This document shows positions 27,823 through 29,875 of a DNA stretch of 29,875 nucleotides, piece by piece (position 1 is the stretch's first letter; each line of letters opens with the position of its first letter). Below the pieces are notes generated by a model. It searched no databases and was not told where the DNA came from. It saw nothing but the letters and a program-made list of their open reading frames with translations. The stretch comes from a virus (taxonomy: Duplodnaviria; Caudoviricetes). The position numbers were made by a program, and so were the translations under genes. The stretch is taken from positions 1 to 29,875 of the IMG/VR virus record IMGVR_UViG_3300027906_000094. The stretch is one strand, 5' to 3'.

Positions 27823-28031
27823 CTGCTGACCAACCTGAAACCGTCGATCAAGAAAAACTCTTGGGCGATTTTAAGACTCGATTAGCGAGTATGGTTGAAG
27901 AGAACCAAAAAATGGCTCAAAAGATTCGATCTAATGAACAACAGGCACTAAAACTGCAAGGAGCGATCGAGACTTTAGAGTATATCCTCAAACCTGGAGA
28001 GGAAGTTAACGAGGTCACCACAGAAGAATAA
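27819..28031 (+). CDS. Small acidic coiled-coil hypothetical protein
   Basis: 70 aa with a GGAG RBS upstream, an ATGA overlap with the previous gene, a heptad pattern ending LKLQGAIETLEY, and a terminator directly downstream. Confidence 0.8.
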   Translation: MTADQPETVDQEKLLGDFKTRLASMVEENQKMAQKIRSNEQQALKLQGAIETLEYILKPGEEVNEVTTEE

Positions 28032-28034
28032 ACG

Positions 28035-28061
28035 AAGGGGACTCGCAAGAGTCCCTTTTTT
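28035..28061 (+). terminator. Rho-independent terminator
   Basis: GGGACTC-GCAA-GAGTCCC is a perfect 7-bp stem with a GNRA tetraloop (28038-28055), followed by TTTTTT, just after the stop at 28031. Confidence 0.92.
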
Positions 28062-28066
28062 ACGGT

Positions 28067-28074
28067 TATAAATA
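28067..28074 (+). promoter_or_regulatory. T4-type late promoter TATAAATA
   Basis: Exact consensus 5 nt after the terminator U-tract and 42 nt before the ATG at 28117. Confidence 0.85.
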
Positions 28075-28116
28075 TCTTGAGAGGCATATTGTCCGTGCAG
28101 ATTAGAGACCTAACCA

Positions 28117-29875
28117 ATGGCAAATAGAATACAATTACGACGTGATGGTGCTCAACAGTGGGCAAACATCAACCCCATTCTCGCACAAGGTGAGTTGGGA
28201 ATTGAGATCGATACGTCGCGTATCAAAATTGGTGATGGAGTTACACCGTGGAACTCACTAAAGTATGAACGACCACTAGAAACAGAATCAAACGCTGCTA
28301 ATACACTTGTTAAAAGGGATGCTGACGGTAACTTCCAAGCTGGTGCTGTCACTGCAACTCTAATTGGTAATGCCTCAACATCAACACGTCTTGCTAACGC
28401 ACGTCAGATCCAACTCTCTGGACAAGTAACTGGATCAGGTTCTTTTGATGGTTCTCAGAACTTAGAACTTACTACTGACCTCTCTCTAATCACAACTCTT
28501 CCACATTATGATCCCAACAACCCTAATGCTGATGCACTCTATACTAGGGTTCGTGTTAACAGTCAGGGGCGTGTTATTGGTGCTGAGCTTGCTTCTACTC
28601 TTGCTAATTATGGTATTACTGATGCTCAACCTCTTGACGACGAGTTATCAGCAATTGCTGGCTTAACATCACTTGGTCTTCTTACACGTACCTCTGTTGG
28701 TAACGTGATGACCAGAACATTAACTGGTGGTGCTGGACGTTTAATATTTACAGTACCTGATGGTAGTTCACAGAACCCATTTATTGACCTTGCTGACACA
28801 GCAGTTGTTGTTGGTTCATATAACGTTGAATCATTAACATCTGTTAATTCTGCTGGTAGTAACTCAGAACCATATGGTACAGAAACTGTTAACGCTGTTA
28901 AGTTTAGTGTTGATAGATATGGTCGTGTTACCTTAGCAGAGAACGTACCTATTGCCACAGCAACACAGGGTTCTAAGTACGATACTTATAATGCTGGTAC
29001 AACCTATAGCCGTTATGCCATATTAGAAGCAAATTCTAAGGTATATCAGGCAATCCAAGATATTGCTGCTGGTGGTGGAGAACCTGCTCATACCACTGGA
29101 GATGTAAGTGGATGGAGATTCCTTAATAACGTTGGTGTAGAACAGAAAGGTCTTGCATCATTTGCACAAGAAGATTTTGACGTTGATGCTAATGGTCACG
29201 TAACCATTGCTCTTGCTGGTGTTGATAATACACAGCTACAAAATAATAAACTTACATTCACTGACGGTAATACCGTTCAGGATTTTGAATTAGATAATGA
29301 ACTTACTACTGCCACTGGTAACACTGGATTTGATTACCTTAACTACGTCAAGGTTAATGACACCTCTGGTGGTCTTCTTTTCAGTGCTAATAACACCGAT
29401 AATACTGGTGCTGGTGGGGTTGACATTAATGTTGACACTAATATTAGTGGCGCGTCTATTAAATTAGATAGACCTGGCAGTAGTCCATTACAGACTATTG
29501 AAAGGACTGCTGGATCTCTTAAGATCCATCATAATGTAAACTCTGCTACTGATAGGACTCTGGATATTATCTCAGAGAACGCAGGTGCAGGTACTGCAAA
29601 GATTAACATCACAGCAGACGAAGATATTACAATCTCTGCTACTAATGTATCCAATAGAGTTCTTGTAGAAGGATATCAGTTCCAAGATAATGTTTTAAGT
29701 AGCACTAATGCTACTATGGTATTAGATCCAGGTGATGATGATACTGCATCTGGAACACTTCAAGTTCGTGGTAACCTTCAAGTTGATGGTACTACAACAA
29801 CAGTTAATAGTACTGTAGTTACAATTGACGATCCTATATTTGTACTTGGTGGAGACTCAGCTCCAGGTTCAGACG
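28117..29875 (+). CDS. Tail fibre protein with Mtd_N-like N-terminus; 3'-truncated
   Basis: Absent from the ORF track because there is no stop in the window. Translated by hand: MANRIQLRRDGAQQWANINPILAQGELGIEIDTSRIKIGDGVTPWNSLKY...GNASTSTRLANARQI...; the same frame ends GNLQVDGTTTTVNSTVVTIDDPIFVLGGDSAPGSD, a typical cyanophage fibre motif. Confidence 0.88.
   Translation, partial: MANRIQLRRDGAQQWANINPILAQGELGIEIDTSRIKIGDGVTPWNSLKYERPLETESNAANTLVKRDADGNFQAGAVTATLIGNASTSTRLANARQIQLSGQVTGSGSFDGSQNLELTTDLSLITTLPHYDPNNPNADALYTRVRVNSQGRVIGAELASTLANYGITDAQPLDDELSAIAGLTSLGLLTRTSVGNVMTRTLTGGAGRLIFTVPDGSSQNPFIDLADTAVVVGSYNVESLTSVNSAGSNSEPYGTETVNAVKFSVDRYGRVTLAENVPIATATQGSKYDTYNAGTTYSRYAILEANSKVYQAIQDIAAGGGEPAHTTGDVSGWRFLNNVGVEQKGLASFAQEDFDVDANGHVTIALAGVDNTQLQNNKLTFTDGNTVQDFELDNELTTATGNTGFDYLNYVKVNDTSGGLLFSANNTDNTGAGGVDINVDTNISGASIKLDRPGSSPLQTIERTAGSLKIHHNVNSATDRTLDIISENAGAGTAKINITADEDITISATNVSNRVLVEGYQFQDNVLSSTNATMVLDPGDDDTASGTLQVRGNLQVDGTTTTVNSTVVTIDDPIFVLGGDSAPGSD

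Noticed and set aside
839-28958. Numerous short minus-strand and alternate-frame ORFs (60-110 aa) in the track
   Set aside because: They lie over long plus-strand structural genes and show no recognisable motifs. They are expected by-products of biased codon usage.
28117-29875. Mtd_N-like domain suggesting a diversity-generating retroelement
   Set aside because: No reverse transcriptase or template/variable repeat pair is visible, and this N-terminal domain is common in ordinary fibres. The C-terminus lies outside the window.

Overview
This is an all plus-strand, gene-dense baseplate/tail-fibre module of a T4-like marine myovirus, most consistent with a cyanophage (Kyanoviridae-type) from gene order and protein motifs. 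Gene order: a 5'-truncated giant structural protein (>4,500 aa, gp7-like position); a YHYH + cupredoxin-like + Ig protein; a gp9/gp10-N-terminal-motif protein; a 624-aa structural protein; baseplate wedge gp8; a 2,403-aa VrlC/DUF4815-like protein; two small coiled-coil ORFs; an intrinsic terminator; and a 3'-truncated Mtd_N-type tail fibre that the ORF track misses. T4 late-promoter boxes precede three genes. The main observation is inside the giant protein. About 2,200 aa consist of 21 copies of a ~105-aa His/Cys/Asp-bearing beta domain that are recursively inserted into one another rather than arranged in tandem. By my manual parse every interrupted copy resumes and closes in last-in-first-out order, up to 9 levels deep, which implies a branched protein. 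The window also appears to lack the tetramer CATG. All family assignments come from motif recognition by eye, not from database searches.
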